64,000 bases of DNA, from assembly GCF_018350175.1 (NCBI RefSeq), contig NC_058368.1, positions 55,368,001 through 55,432,000 of the forward strand, read 5' to 3'. This DNA comes from Felis catus (lineage: Eukaryota). The translations under genes and the position numbers were made by a program. Of the stretch, positions 25,029-38,655 are shown one piece after another (positions within the stretch are counted from its first letter, which is position 1; each line of letters begins with the position of its first letter). The notes beneath the pieces were generated by a model, which was not told the origin of the DNA, did no database searches, and was given only the letters and a program-made list of their open reading frames with translations.

Positions 25029-25652
25029 CAATAAAACCTTGGCTTGTGAGTAATTTGTTCTGCGAGTGTTCTGCAAAATGAACAAATATTTCTATTAAAT
25101 TTTAACTTGATAAACAAGCAATGTCTTGCAATATGAGGAGTAAGTGACGCCAAACATCACATCACATGAGCCAATGGTTCTTTCTCTTTCTCTGCATGCA
25201 GGATTCTGGGTGATTGTCAGTGCCATTTCACATTTCTGCAAAATCCTCCAAAGGAAGCAAAAGCAAATGTTATTGGATAGGTTTCTTGTTAAAGTTGCAC
25301 AAAAAGAAAAATATTCCATTAAGCCAATGGATAGCAGTGATTCCGTTAGTGATAGTGAAAGTTGTCCTTCTCAATAACCTTCTTCTCTCTTGTCCTCTTC
25401 ACACCAGCCATGAAAGTTTTCAAACGTAAGTGTAGGTTAATTTGTTTATTTTTCCCTATGTTGTGTATTTTCTTATTATTTTATGTTATATTACAGTATT
25501 GTTAATCATTTTTATATGAATATTTAGAATATATAGAATGGATCATCAGAGTTTCCATTATTTCTTATGGGGAAATGCACTTTGATATACAAGTGCTTTG
25601 GATTACAAGCATGTTTCTGGAGTAAATTATGCTTACAAACCAAGGGTTTACC
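25029..25652 (+). mobile_element. Non-autonomous TcMar-Tigger DNA transposon (Tigger2-like deletion derivative)
   Basis: About 20-bp TIRs: left ATAAAACCTTGGCTTGTGAG after TA at 25027-25028, right reverse complement GTAAACCCTTGGTTTGTAAG. The internal peptide HFCKILQRKQKQMLLDRFLVK resembles the Tigger transposase C-terminus. Confidence 0.8.
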
Positions 25653-26819
25653 CCTTTTGCATTTCTGATGGTAAGGTAACTTAAAATTATTATTAGAAAA
25701 TCTTTAACATCAAGAGTATTTATTTCCTAATACTACTTCTTGTGTTTTCCTTAAAACCTATTGAGTTTACTCTATTTTATATCAAAACAATCTTTTTTTA
25801 TGGAAAAACATTCTATTTTTTCAATTCATAATTATGATTTGTATTAATGAGCATGTGGAGCCTATGAAGTACTTTTAAACTGATATTCCAAGATCATAAT
25901 AGCAATATTTGAGAAGCTTTTTTGTCCTACAGAAACTTCCATTTTTAAAAAGAATTTGCAGAAGTATTTATTTTTAAAATCCTCTACTCACCTATATTTC
26001 TAACCCATCTTTTGCCTCAGACCAGTAATAAAAAAAATGAAATTAAAAATTCTCCTTTCTTTCTTTGTTTATCTAGCTGACTGTAAGACTTCAAGTTCAT
26101 ATTTCAAGTAATATACCACTTCTACTCATAAGCTGTCTTTTTTCCTCTCAGCTTTATTGACTTGCCCAAGAATGCCAGAGAAAGTTTAATTTTCCTGGCT
26201 TTCACTGCATCAGTCTCAATATGATTATGTTAATATCAGAATAGGAAATGCAATCAATTTAATTCTAATAATAACAATGGTGATAAAATAACTGCTACCA
26301 TATTCACTAGTTTCATTATTATATTAGTCTGTTTATGTGTGTACCACCTATAGTGTCTGAAAAAATTATGCAGAGATTAATATATGAAATAATTCCTACC
26401 TTCAGGGATTTGAAATCCCAGGCCAATAAGCAGAATCTTATACAACGATAAAATAATACCTATTATCTTTGTGTATTTACTGAAGCAATATAAATAATGT
26501 TTCTTAAGGTTAAACTGTACCTTTGCTATTTTTCTTTTTTTCTCTCAGGCAACTTCCACTGCTTTTTTTTTTTTTTTTTAACAGTAAGAAAGTACATGGA
26601 AGGAAAATGGTAGCACAAAGAAAGAGACCAGAAAAGCAATGCAGTGGGGTCAGAAAAGAAGGGAAGGTGGAAAATACCAGCAATTAAGAAAGACCTTGCC
26701 CAGAGACAAGGGTGTAGAAATTGTGGCTTGGGAGCATTATAAAGTTGTATAAATTTCTTTAATGCACACTGTAAAAGAGATAAATAAAAGTGTATCCATG
26801 ATCTGTGAATAAGATTTAC

Positions 26820-26820
26820 T

Positions 26821-26867
<47 letters not shown>

Positions 26868-26917
26868 CTCTCTCTCTCTCTTTCTTTCTCTCTTTCTTTC
26901 TTTCTGTCTTTCTTTCT
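26820..26917. repeat. (TTTC)n/(TC)n polypyrimidine microsatellite
   Basis: Direct reading. Confidence 0.97.
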
Positions 26918-28279
26918 TGAAGCAGAACTAAGGAAAATGTAAGGGAGCAAAAATTCCTCCAGTGTGAGACCAACCTGAATAAAGCTTCTGTTCACAAGGG
27001 CTAAAAGTTGCTATATATCTTCATCTCCAGGTTTACGTTTCCTACCCCTCTGGAATGAGACAGTTGAATTGACTGCTACTATTAGTGATTTTTTTTTTTA
27101 ATTCTAAGGGTTTTATCTCCTTTATTTCTCTGAGTTGCTGCAAGGTTTTGGATGTTAGATGAGAAATTCTAATATTGGCAGAATTTTCTCTTACTAAATA
27201 AATGGTATTGTATGAGAGGAACAAAGGAAATTGAAATGAGAATCTAGGTTATTTACCAAAAGGTATGGTTTATTATTGGTTTCTATTTAAATCCTCCTTC
27301 AATTATGTTAATAGCAATGGATATTAAAATATACCACAACAAAAGGCCTAAGAAGCAGATAATAAAGACCAAATAAAAATCAAATGACATACACAAATAC
27401 AATAATAAAATACCTTCTGGAAAAAAAAATCTTCTTGATCACTAATTAATTAATGAAAAATTATTCTCTATGAGAACATCCCAATTTGAATTACAAAGAA
27501 CAAAATCCTGAAATGTATTTTTAAAAAGTCTGGAATATCCTGCTAATACAGGGGGAAAAAAGCTTCCTGAAAAAGAAATCTAATCTTAGTGGCCTTTTAT
27601 CTCTTTTAAAATGGTTAAAAATAGAAATTGTGTAGGTGTCTAGGGGGCTTACCCATCATTTTGACATTTATTCTTTTTTTTAGACTCTCACATTGTTCTT
27701 TATTGAACCTAAATGTTATTGAATATTTTTTCAAGATTCTCTCTTTGGAATTTTCTGAGACTGTAATTTACTACTTGACTTTTAAAATCCATCATTGTTC
27801 TAAGAAGAACATGGTAATTTCACTATACTCTGGCAGAGTAACTTACTTAGGACTTCAGTTATAAGATACAGGTAAAATGGACTTTTGAAGCATTTACTAT
27901 GATTTTACATGTAAGTTAAGTGGTGTGAAAATTTTTGTGATATTTTATTTTGGAAAGATTACAGATTCAGTGTGTATTTGAAATGAATATAATTAATGTA
28001 TTATTAATTACTACTGTAGATAATAAAGTTTCTGAGTTAATATATAATTTATGACAGTATATTTTTATGTTAAATATTAGAAGAAAATTAATACAAGTCA
28101 GATAAGTTATAGTGTCTTTGCTCTTCATGGTTTTCTTTGATTGGTAACTTTCTGATTATTTGCTTTCTAACTGTTATCTAAAAATAGCATGGATCTCTCT
28201 GAATAGAGAGATGAAATGTGATAGCATACTTTTTATCCATTGCAAAAAGTAGTTAGCTGAACAGGTGATTGACAAATAC

Positions 28280-28734
28280 TACAAAATGAGAATAGACTTA
28301 GAGAACTCAGTGACTCTATCAAGCATAATAACATTCACATTATAGGGATCCCAGAAGGAGAAGAGAAATAAAGGTGGGGGGGGGGCAGAGAATGTATTTG
28401 AAGAAATAATAGCTGAAAACTTCCCAAATTGGGGGAGGGAAACAGAGATGCAGATTCAGGAAGCACAGGCGTCCCCCAACAAATTCAACCCAAGGAGGTC
28501 CACACCATGACACATAGTAATTAAAATGCCAAAAAAAAAAAAAAAAATAGCGATAAAGAAAGACTAAATTTTAAAGGTTATGAGGAAAAGAAGATAGTTA
28601 CATACATAGGAATCTCCAGAAGACTATCAGCTGATTTTTCAGCAGAAACTTTGCAGGCCAGAAGGGAGTGCTATGATATATTCAAAGTGCTGAAGGGGAA
28701 ACATCTGCATCCAGGAATACTCTATCCAGCAAGA
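28280..28734 (+). mobile_element. Isolated LINE-1 ORF1 fragment
   Basis: LRELSDSIKHNNIHIIGIPEGEE, EEIIAENFP, RLSADFSAETLQARRE and ILYPAR motifs. Confidence 0.9.
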
Positions 28735-29108
28735 ACTAAATATAATTTTAATTGTAAATTATTTCAATAAAAAAGTGATGCTCCTCATGCTAATTTACCA
28801 TTTTGTTTTCATTGGCAGTAATAAAGTCACAGTAGAAAATTTAACATAGTTTAAACATTAAAAGGAAGTGAATTCTTGGGACATACTTAAAAAAAAAAAA
28901 AAGATTAACACATAAGGATTACCACAAGGAAACTACCAAATGAATCAATAAAATATTTGTGCAAGGATTTTAATTATATAAATTTTCATAGTTTTCATTT
29001 TATTCGTGTCATGTCAATTTTATATGTCATCATAACATATATTTGTAAATATATTTTGTGTAATTATATTACAGTATATTATTCATATATTTTTAATGAC
29101 ATATAGTT

Positions 29109-29133
29109 AGATAGATAGATAGATAGATAGATA
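29109..29133. repeat. (ATAG)n microsatellite
   Basis: Direct reading. Confidence 0.9.
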
Positions 29134-30069
29134 TAAAATATTTATATAGAATACCTATCTATTCCAGTTTGGAATTAAGGATATGTAAATTCTTTAAAAA
29201 CTGTAAATACATTATAGTTCTTATTGAAAGTGATGCATTTCAGCTTGATTACTTAAGTGTTATTTTAGAAATAGTTTTTAACATAAAAATTGAGAGAATG
29301 TGAATGAAAACCTCATTTCTAAAGCTCAGTTTGTTGCATTTTCACAGATGCATAGTCTCAGGTTAGTGTTTGCTACAGTTGCATCTCGGGCAACTCTTAA
29401 AGCACAAAGCCTCAGGCCACAGTAGCAGTAGGAAGGTTCAGAAAGGCCAGAATCTCCTGAATGCAGACTTGCTCTACCTAATGATCAAGATGACCCAAGG
29501 AATCTGTTAACACAGACAGGGAACACAGAACAAAATAAATAATATAAGATAAAATAAAATATTAAAAGAAACCCAAATAAAAAATGAATTTGATTATTTT
29601 ATAATATACAAGGAGGAGACCCCACAGAGTATAAGAAGAAAATATCCTTGGAAGATATTTATTGTTGGCAACAATATATACTCATTTTACATCTGACCTA
29701 TTTTAAGAAAGTCTGTGTGGTGTGAAATACTACAGAAAATTAAGAAGACTTTGAAAACAAAAAATGCATTGAAACTAAAATTAGGCCAGAAATAACCAGT
29801 TAAATATGTCAGGCAGTTAGTTACATATACCATTGCCTTTTTTTCTAAAGAATAACAACAGAACCAAAGCCAATAAGTACTAAAAAAATATATTGCAAGC
29901 CAAGAGCAATTTACCTAAAGAGCAAACAATGAAAAATAAGTAATACAGTTGAATTCTGAAAAATATAAAGTGGATGATAGAGTTGTAACAGACTGAACAA
30001 AGTAGAGCATGTAGACTCAAAGGCCTATAGCAACAATGAAGGACACTAATAACAGAAATATTTGTATAT

Positions 30070-30360
30070 CACAGGATGAGATTTCTAGGAGATATTGAGC
30101 ATGGATTACGACATATTTGTTTATTAGATATTAGGGATCACCATCTGAAAAGAATAAGGGAGAAAGTATGGTTTGGCAAATGGAGAAATTGAACCATGAT
30201 GCAGGCTGAATAAAGCCTTGGCTAATCCCACAAGGAGTTCTAAAACATAAGTGGCATGTCAGAGATATCATGTGGTGGGCCAAAATAGCTGGTTCTTTGT
30301 TTGTTTGCTGGGATCCCTTAATGGATTGCTTTGGAAAGAGTGTGTCTTTGTGTGAGATAT
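30070..30360 (-). mobile_element. Ancient ERV-L LTR relic (LTR16-like)
   Basis: ggagaaattgaaccatgatgcag...gctaatcccacaaggagttct resembles the reverse of LTR16-family sequence. Confidence 0.45.
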
Positions 30361-30365
30361 CTCTT

Positions 30366-30856
30366 GTTTTAGGACAATACTCCTTTGGTCTCTCATATTT
30401 CTTCAAATCTTGCAAGCAGAGGAACTGACAGTCTTATCTTGTCAAGCAAGTCTGCATAGCAAATAGCCTTGGAGGTTAGAGATAACTTCCTAATGATGCT
30501 AAAGCAGAGATCTGATTTGAATGTTGTCTAGTGTAATAAAGACAATGTCACCCTTTTGGGGTAAAGAATGGTCAAGTTAGCTTGCAATTGCTTATAAAAT
30601 ATAGGAGTTTCTGAAGTTTATCCTCAGCTATTATGTAGCATCCACGTAGGCCTACTTCTGCATCAATCCCATAGGAATTCAATAGCAAGAGGAAATACTA
30701 TGAACATGAAGCTCATACTGCTTGCTGTGCCATGAGGGATAAAGTCCTTTGATTCTGACGTGAGTCTTAAGCAGACTTCTAGTGTCCATGAAGCTGGGAT
30801 GGCCTAATGTTAGTTTGAAAGTGGGGTAAAATTTAGAATCCATCACAGTTCCGCAC
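30366..30856 (+). mobile_element. ERV-L LTR (MER77/MER68-like) 5' LTR
   Basis: TG...CA ends, ggtctctcatatttct...gcagaggaactgac opening, cttataaaa TATA, gataaagtcctttg poly(A) region. Followed by a PBS-like tggtgatgaggatgg. Confidence 0.65.
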
Positions 30857-31097
30857 AGTTTTTGGTGATGAGGATGGACCACTGACAGAGACATGGCTTC
30901 TGAAAAACAAAGTTCAGTGGCTCTCCATAGGCAAGGCTGGGGCAAATAAGGAGATCACCTGAGATTTTATATCAAATGGCTAACTCCTGTGGTGAGTGGA
31001 AAAAGGGTTTCCACTGAAGAGTTTACATCCTATCTGTTAATGAAGGCTTAGGGGCTGAATGAAAATAGAGACAATTGAAACAAGCTGCCCAATTATT

Positions 31098-31790
31098 TTG
31101 GATGAATATTCAGAAGTTGGATTGCTGGATCACATGGCAGTTCTGTTTTTAGTGTTTTGAGGAATTTCCATAGCAGCTGAGGCATCTTGTATTTTCACCA
31201 ACAGCGTTATGTGGTTCATCCAAAAGAAATGAAATTAGAATCTCAGAGATATTAGCACTCCTATGATCCCTGCAGCACTATTCAGAATAGCCAAGATGTG
31301 GAAACAACCTAAATGTCTATCCACAGACATTATTTCCTAATAAAGAAATGTGTCCTATACCTACAACGGAAACTAGTCAGCCTTTAAAAAAAAAGAAAGA
31401 AAATTCTCCATTATGTGACAGCATGGATGAAACTTGAGGACATATCACTAGGTGAAATAAGACAGTCACAAAAAAATACTACATGATTCCACTTACATGA
31501 GGTATCCAAAGTAATCAAATTCATAGAATCCAGAAGTGGAATGGTAATTGCCAAGGACTGAAGGGAGGAGGCAATGGGGTATTAGCAGTCACCAAGAAAA
31601 AGTTTCAGCTAAGCAACATGAATAAGTTCTAGAGATTTGCTGTTCAGCATTGTACCTATATAGTCAATAATGTCTTATACACTTAAAATTTGTTAATATA
31701 ATAGGTTTCATGTTAAGTGTTCTTACCACAAGAAAAGAAAGGGAAAGAACAGAGCAGAACAGAAGAAAGTAAGGCAAAGCAAAGCAAAGC
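31098..31790 (+). mobile_element. L1MA/MB-like 3' end with 5' inversion
   Basis: 31098-~31207 is minus-strand L1. ~31215-31730 is plus-strand 3'UTR, followed by an A-rich pentamer tail. Degenerate TSD at 31078-31097 and 31791-31810. Confidence 0.8.
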
Positions 31791-33736
31791 AAAGAAGCTG
31801 CCTGAATATTGCTTTGATTTTTGTTTATTCTCCCTTGGGGGTGGGAAGAAAAAAAAATGTTACCATGGGGCAGCAAGGTGATATGTCAGTGAGGCAGCAA
31901 GCCCACCCAAAAAGCAGTATGTCCACAGCTGCTGAGTGAGGGGGTGCCCAAAGCTTATATATCACACTGACTGCATCAAATTAAAGAAAAAACTATTTGG
32001 GGGAACTGTGAACAGCTGCCACATTGCTAGAAGAAGAAAGTATATGTGCCTTGCTCTACTCTGTTGCAGAATTTCTGAATCTCTCTATGCCCTATGATTT
32101 CTCCCTAGCTATCTACCTCAACCACAGTTGCTTTACAGAAAAACATAGGGGTGGGGATGAGGTCATTCTGTCCTAATGAGGACTGAAGATCATGGCACTT
32201 GTCTGAGTAAGTTGGTGACACTGGGTGGTGCAAAGGTCAGGGAGGCATCAAAAGTTTTATGGCTCTCTTAGACATTGCCATAAAAGTCATCATCCAGTCT
32301 TTATCTGTGGGCATCCAGATTTGACTGATGGGTTTTGTGCAAGGTTCACAATAGGGAAGGTAAGAGACCATCGTTTATAGGTGGAGAGCCCTATGAACCA
32401 GTTGAATGCAACTGATTTTACTGCTTCTACATCTGAATACATAGTAAGATTATGGTGTGCTATGTGCTTTTCCATCTCTATCCCCAAAGTACCAGGGGTA
32501 AAAATCCCAGGGGAGGAAGATCTGCAGGTAGAGAAGTCCTAGTGGGACACAAACTTTCCTGGCATTTTCTACCAGTGTGGGGTCATGTTTTAGTATGAAT
32601 ACCTATGCCCATGGCCCAGAGTTTTCACTATTTAGTTGGTCTGTTCTTTGACAAATCAGAATCCTCATTCCAACAATTCTGAGTTCTCAATTCTTAAGAG
32701 CAATTAAGAAAAAAACTACCATTTCTTTAGTCCTTACTCCCAAAGATAAAGGAGGCAAACAATATTATTCAATACATTGGGTATTAGAGAGAGTACACAT
32801 TTTTGCAACTTTTTTTTTTTCTAATTTGAGCTCCCAGGAAAGAGATGCAGACTATTTCTAGTACTTTTGGGGATTTTCGATTCCTGGTCTCCCTAACTTG
32901 GCCGTCAGTTCAACCCCTTTGCAAAAGCATCTATTAGTTATTCTCAGGCTCTTTTCAAAACTAAACAGGTGGTCCATTGAGGCATTAAGAATTTTAGGCT
33001 TAATATTTTCATTGTAGGATTGGTAAACTCTATAACGAACAAGGTAGGAGAGGCTTAAAAACAGCATGGGAATGGAAATGGTAGATCCAAGAACAGAGCA
33101 ACATGGCTCTGTTCTTTTATTTTAAATGAAAAAGTGGCAAGTAAGTCTTTAAAGGAAACTTTATCTCTCATAGCTCCAAATGCAAAGCTACTGGCTTAAT
33201 ATGGTTTTCAACCTATAGAAATTCCTGGAAATGCCTGGGTCTGATTCACTAATGTTCCAGATAAACATAAATATGATAGTATCCATTGGGCTACAGCTAT
33301 TCAATGTCACCATTAGCTCTGCATAACACAGAATGTAAGTGGTCATTTTGGTAGACAGACTCAAGGCTGATAAAGCTCTAGTCAATACTTTCTTGATGAA
33401 ACTTTTACACTTGTATAGACTTTTAAGCTGCTGCCAACAACTGAGTTATTTGTTCTGACACTTGGAAAACTACAGGACTGTGAGATTAAAGATACCCCTC
33501 TTAGGTATCCTCCCGGGGATCAAATTGCGAGGTCACTGTTTCAGATATCCAACCCAAAGGCCCATTCCCAGATGATAATGAAATCAAACCTGCTGATTTA
33601 GCCTGCACCAACTAGATCGTCACTGTCTGGATCCATCATCATGGAACATTCACCATCAAAGACTAAGTAGAAAGTAAAGCACTATTTGTTTGTGATGTGG
33701 AGGTTGTCACTGAGTGTTAAACTTGTTCACCTGCCA

Positions 33737-33956
33737 GGGGCGCCTGAGTGGCTCAGTTGGTTAAGCATCTGACTTAGGCTCAGTTCATGATCTCATGGTT
33801 GGCAGGTTCAAGACCCATATCGGGCTCTGTGCTGACAGTGCAGAGCTTGCTGGGGATTCTCTCCTTCTCCCTCTCTCTCTGCCCCTCCCTGACTTGAGCT
33901 AGCTCTCTCTCTCTCTTTCTCTGTCAAAATAAATAAACTAAAAACAAAGAAAAAAA
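33737..33956 (+). mobile_element. CAN-SINE
   Basis: SINE body with degenerate TSD (gttcacctgcca / gttcatctacca). Confidence 0.93.
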
Positions 33957-34656
33957 CATTCGTTCATCTACCAAATGCTGACCTGTTTAACTTGTAGTAG
34001 GAGAGACCACATTAGATAAGGTATCGTCCCCATCTTCTACTGACAGACTGACTGTATAGACTTAAGCTATCTGTTGTGACTTGCTATTGTTGACATTTTT
34101 TCAGGTTACCCTCATCTGGCTCTGACCACACCATTGTTGCTCTTGAAATCATTCCATGCCATATTTACGGTTTTTGGAATACTTGCTGTAATAACAGTGT
34201 TTCCATTATCACAAAAGCCACTTAACAATGGGATGATAGTCAAGATATTTAATGGACCCCTACCTTCCCTCCACAGAAACCTGGTATGGTTGAGTGTTGA
34301 AACAGCCGCTTAGAAAATAAATATATACATTTTCTCATCTTATCTTCCTTACAATCTAATCTATACAGTAAGGCAGTTAGATGATTGAATGCAACCATTC
34401 CCAGAAAAGGATTATCTTTTCTAAGCTGCCTCTTGTGTGAGATTGGAACAAAAGTAGCAGCAGCTTCTATACCCCAATTTTGAAATTTCCAGATCCATTT
34501 GACTAATTTTTGTCATGGCATGTCTTTCCCCTAACAGTAACCTGAGACCAGTCTGGTTGGTATCCTTATTGGATGGAAACCTCACTCCAAAAGTGCCTAG
34601 GGAATTCAAACTTCATTGAAAATACTAACAAACTAAAACAACAACAAAAAATCAAT

Positions 34657-34698
<42 letters not shown>

Positions 34699-36047
34699 AT
34701 AATAAATCAAGCTTATTGGCAAGATCTGCATGCTGAATAATAAAAAATCTGAGTGACAGAAATCAAAGATGTAAATAAAGGGAAAAATAGCCTTCATGCA
34801 ATAATTTAAAAAATCAGTATCGGTAAGATGATAACGTTCCCCACTTTGATCCATGAATTCATTGCAATCCCAAACAAAATCCCTGAAAGCTTTTTTGTAG
34901 ATATTGACAATCTGATCCTAAAATGAATATAAAAAGGGAAGAAACTATTTTAAATTGAAAAACAAAATGGGTGAACTCCCACTACCCAATTTTAAGACTC
35001 ACTATAAAGGCACAGTAATCAAGGCATCATGGTATTGGCAAAAGTACCCATAAAACAGATTATAGAACTTCAAAACAGTAATAACACAAATATAAACAAC
35101 TGATTTTTGACTAATGTTCAGAGGCAAATTAATTGAAAATTAATTTGAAATTAATTGAAAAGCGGCAGTATTTTTATAATTTTCATTCTTCTGGAAAAAT
35201 TCAATGTCCATATAGAAAAATAAACTTCATATCATAGGTTACATGTTTTATAAAAATTAATTGAAATGGATTTTAGAAATAAATGTAAATAGTATAGATA
35301 TAAGATATTCAGAAGGATATATAAGCAGAATTTCATTTCGCTCTGGGTTTGGCAAAGAGTTTTTAGATAGAACACCAAAACATGAGCCATAAAAGAAAGT
35401 AATTAATATATAAAACTGTATCAATAATGACAAATTTTGCTCTGTAAGTTTTTTAATAGATACAAAGACAAGCTACACATTAGAAGAAACAAATTACCAA
35501 ACCATATCTGATAAAGAACTTGTGTCCAGAATATATAAATGCTTCTTGCAGATGAACAATGATAAAGTAATTAAAAATTTTTTTAAATGGACAAATACAG
35601 ACCCTTTATTCAAAAAATATATATGGATAGTACGTAAGTTTATAAAAATGGGCAGCATCAATAGTCATTAGGGAAATGCAAATTGGAAACAAAATCAGAT
35701 ACCACTACACACATACTAATGTGAGTAGAATAGTAATGAATGCTGGGGGTTCTAGTTTGTAGTTACAGATATTAGTATGAATATGTAGAAAATATAATAT
35801 ATATATATTTCAGTATTTTGCATATATATTTTTTTTCAGTATTAAAGCATTCTCAATGTCCCAAACTGAAAAGATGTGAATAACAAATAAATAATGATAG
35901 TAATGGCAGTTTGGATTATAACCAAAGGAAAAAAAAAAAAAATATATATATATATATATTTATACATATAAAAAATATATATATATTTATACATATAAAA
36001 TATATATATATATAAAGAAGTTCATATTATTGTAAAAAAATGTTTTA

Positions 36048-36257
36048 TTTATTTATTTATTTTTTTTATTTTGGGACAGAGAGAGACAGAGCATGAACGG
36101 GGGAGGGGCAGAGAGAGAGGGAGACACAGAATCGGAAACAGGTTCCAGGCTCTGAGCCATCAGCCCAGAGCCTGACGCGGGGCTCGAACTCACGGACCGC
36201 GAGATCGTTACCTGGCTGAAGTCGGACGCTTAACCGACTGTGCCACCCAGGCGCCCC
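36048..36257 (-). mobile_element. CAN-SINE, young subfamily
   Basis: Diagnostic ccatcagcccagag / acctggctgaagtcgg. TSD approximately AATGTTTTA. Confidence 0.95.
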
Positions 36258-36775
36258 TTTAAATAATGTTTTAATAAATAAATAGAGAAGAAAAGACAAA
36301 GTTTACTTACAGAAAAATTTCCATTATTAAAAGTAGAAGGAATAAAGGAAATACAAATAGCCATTAGAACAGCACAGAAATAATTTCCACAGGTAAGGTA
36401 AACATGAATTTTAAAATTATTTTTATAAATGATATATTGTCAAAACTTTAACGTTTCTCCTTCAAAATATTTGTTGAATAGCAGAGAGGGAAACCTGATA
36501 GACACCAATCCTAAACATGATATCAAGGTCAGTACTAGTGTGATGAAACATATCAGTATCATGTGTCCCCTCATATAATGTGCTAAGAAAGGCACATTGA
36601 CTATGAAGTATTTATCTCCAAAGAATTCCATGGCCTCTATCATAGTAAACATAAGACTAAACTGAAATTGAGGAACATTTGCCAAGGCACCTGATGAATA
36701 CACTTCAAAAGTATCAAGGTCATGAAAAATAAGAAAGATTAAAGAACTACCACTCATTGGAGGACAAAAATCTTT

Positions 36776-36964
36776 TTTGTTTTAAATATTTTTTATTTTT
36801 GAGAGGGAGAGAGAGAGAAAGTAGGGGAGGAGCAGAGAGAGAGGGAGACAGAGAATCCCAAGCCGGCTGCCTAATGGGAGGCCTGAACTTATGAACTGTG
36901 AGATCATGACCTGAGCTGAAATCAAGAGTCAGACACTTAACCAACTGAGCCACCCTGGTGCCCC
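36776..36964 (-). mobile_element. CAN-SINE, older
   Basis: Reverse body. TSD approximately CAAAATCTTT. Confidence 0.9.
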
Positions 36965-37517
36965 CAAAATCTTTATTAATAAATGCAATGCATGACCTAA
37001 TATAGGATCCAGAAACAAAGTATTAGTTTAAGCACTGGTTAAATCAATATAATATTGGTTGTTTCATAGTTTTGATAGTTGTATCATAGTTATGTGAAAT
37101 ATTAATATTGGAAAATACAAAGGGAATCAACAATCAACTCAATTCATATCTATTTTTATCTATCTATAAAATATCAATATCAGAGATTGATTTAGATCCT
37201 AATAAAAATATCACAACCGATTTTTTTTTTGTTTTTTTTTTTTTTCCCAAATGGCTACTCAAGTAGAAAATTTACAATTTACCATGTCAGTATCTACATT
37301 TACATTTCTGGAAATTGTATTGATTGGGATTTAGTTTTCTATTTCCAAGTCTTTGTTTATATTTAACTTGCATAATTCATTTTCAGTTAAACAGCAGTGA
37401 AAATATGTCTGTCCTAGCTCCTCTTTCCCTAAGCTTGGCCACCTTTTTTTCTAAATATCACACCAGTTTTACAAAGTCTTCATAGATATTGTCCTGTATT
37501 TGTGTCAGAGCTTTTCT

Positions 37518-37537
37518 GTTTTGTTTTGTTTTTATTT

Positions 37538-37599
<62 letters not shown>

Positions 37600-37760
37600 G
37601 GGAAGGGGCAGAGAGACACAGAGAGAGAGAGAATCCTAAGCAGACCTCACACTGTCAGTGCAAAGCCTGATGTGGGGCTTGAACTCACAAATCATGAGGT
37701 CATGACCTGAGCCACAATCAGGAGTCAGACACCTAACTGACTGAGCCACCCAGGAACCCC
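37518..37760 (-). mobile_element. CAN-SINE with expanded (GA)n
   Basis: TSD TGT(G/T)TCAGAGCTTTTCT at 37501-37517 and 37761-37777. Confidence 0.94.
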
Positions 37761-38655
37761 TGTTTCAGAGCTTTTCTATCTCTTAATGACTGACTATGGG
37801 CAATTTTCCTTGAGCAGGTTCTTTATAATGATTACCTATTCCTTTCTACAGGGATAGTAACCACATACATATTCTAAAAAGTGCAGGATATGTTCTTACT
37901 AACTTGTTGGGACTTGATATATTTGTTTGCTTTTCTCTGGAGCTTTCCCTGATTTGATCCATTTTTCTTTCTGGTATTCTCCCTAATGTCTGTGACCTGC
38001 CCATTCCCATTGATTATGGATTATATGTAGTCTTTTTTCCTGAGTAAAAAGACTACATTCCTAAGTGAATAATAGCGGGTCTATTGTAGAGTCTCATGAA
38101 AATTGCTGTGTAAGAAATACCATTTTATGCACTCTCAGAATCAGTGGCTCAGAGTTCTTACAGGACTCGTGTATTTTAAACATAATATAGGACTATCTAC
38201 GTAAAGAATTGAACATGTACTAACTGTTTAATATATTAATATGGATAGAGTAGTTAAGTGTACTATAGACATGAAATACTAATCTTTATTTCTAAGGACA
38301 TGTTATCTAACTGCTGCCATTTTGATAACTGAGTAATAGCAGGGCCTGGGCATAGTTTTTGAAGAAGCCATTGTGTAAAATACAAATCCACAGATGTGCT
38401 GTATATGTGCTTTTGGACTGATTGATAACTTATTGTGACCTCTTCACTACTAAGATTTCAAAAGACTATAATATTTTCATGATTTTCAGACCTTGTATTA
38501 ATTAGATTTCTTCAATTTTTTATATGGGAAGTTAATTGAATGATTAATATGATTAGTTTACTAGGAACAATAATGGTAAGTGAAGAGTATCCTTGAAAAT
38601 CTGTTGTTATTTTCTTCTAAAAGAACATATCATGTTATCTGGTATTTTTTTAAGT

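Larger units (their letters stand above)
30857..34610 (+). mobile_element. Decayed ERV-L internal region
   Basis: Protease-like FMALLDIA (32256-32279, compare ALLDTGA) and integrase-like PQKPGMVEC*NSRL (34271-34312, compare PQAAGLIERWNGLL). Interrupted by an L1 and a SINE. No 3' LTR seen. Confidence 0.6.
34615..37130 (+). mobile_element. Old L1M (L1MC-like) ORF2 end and 3'UTR
   Basis: attgcaatcccaaacaaaatccc, aattttaagactcactataaagg...catggtattggca and agggaaatgcaaatt motifs. Contains (CA)n 34660-34697, an AT run at 35926-36013 and two SINEs. Confidence 0.75.

Noticed and set aside
25144..25377. Domesticated transposase (TIGD-like) gene
   Set aside because: Only a short C-terminal remnant inside a ~620-bp non-autonomous element.
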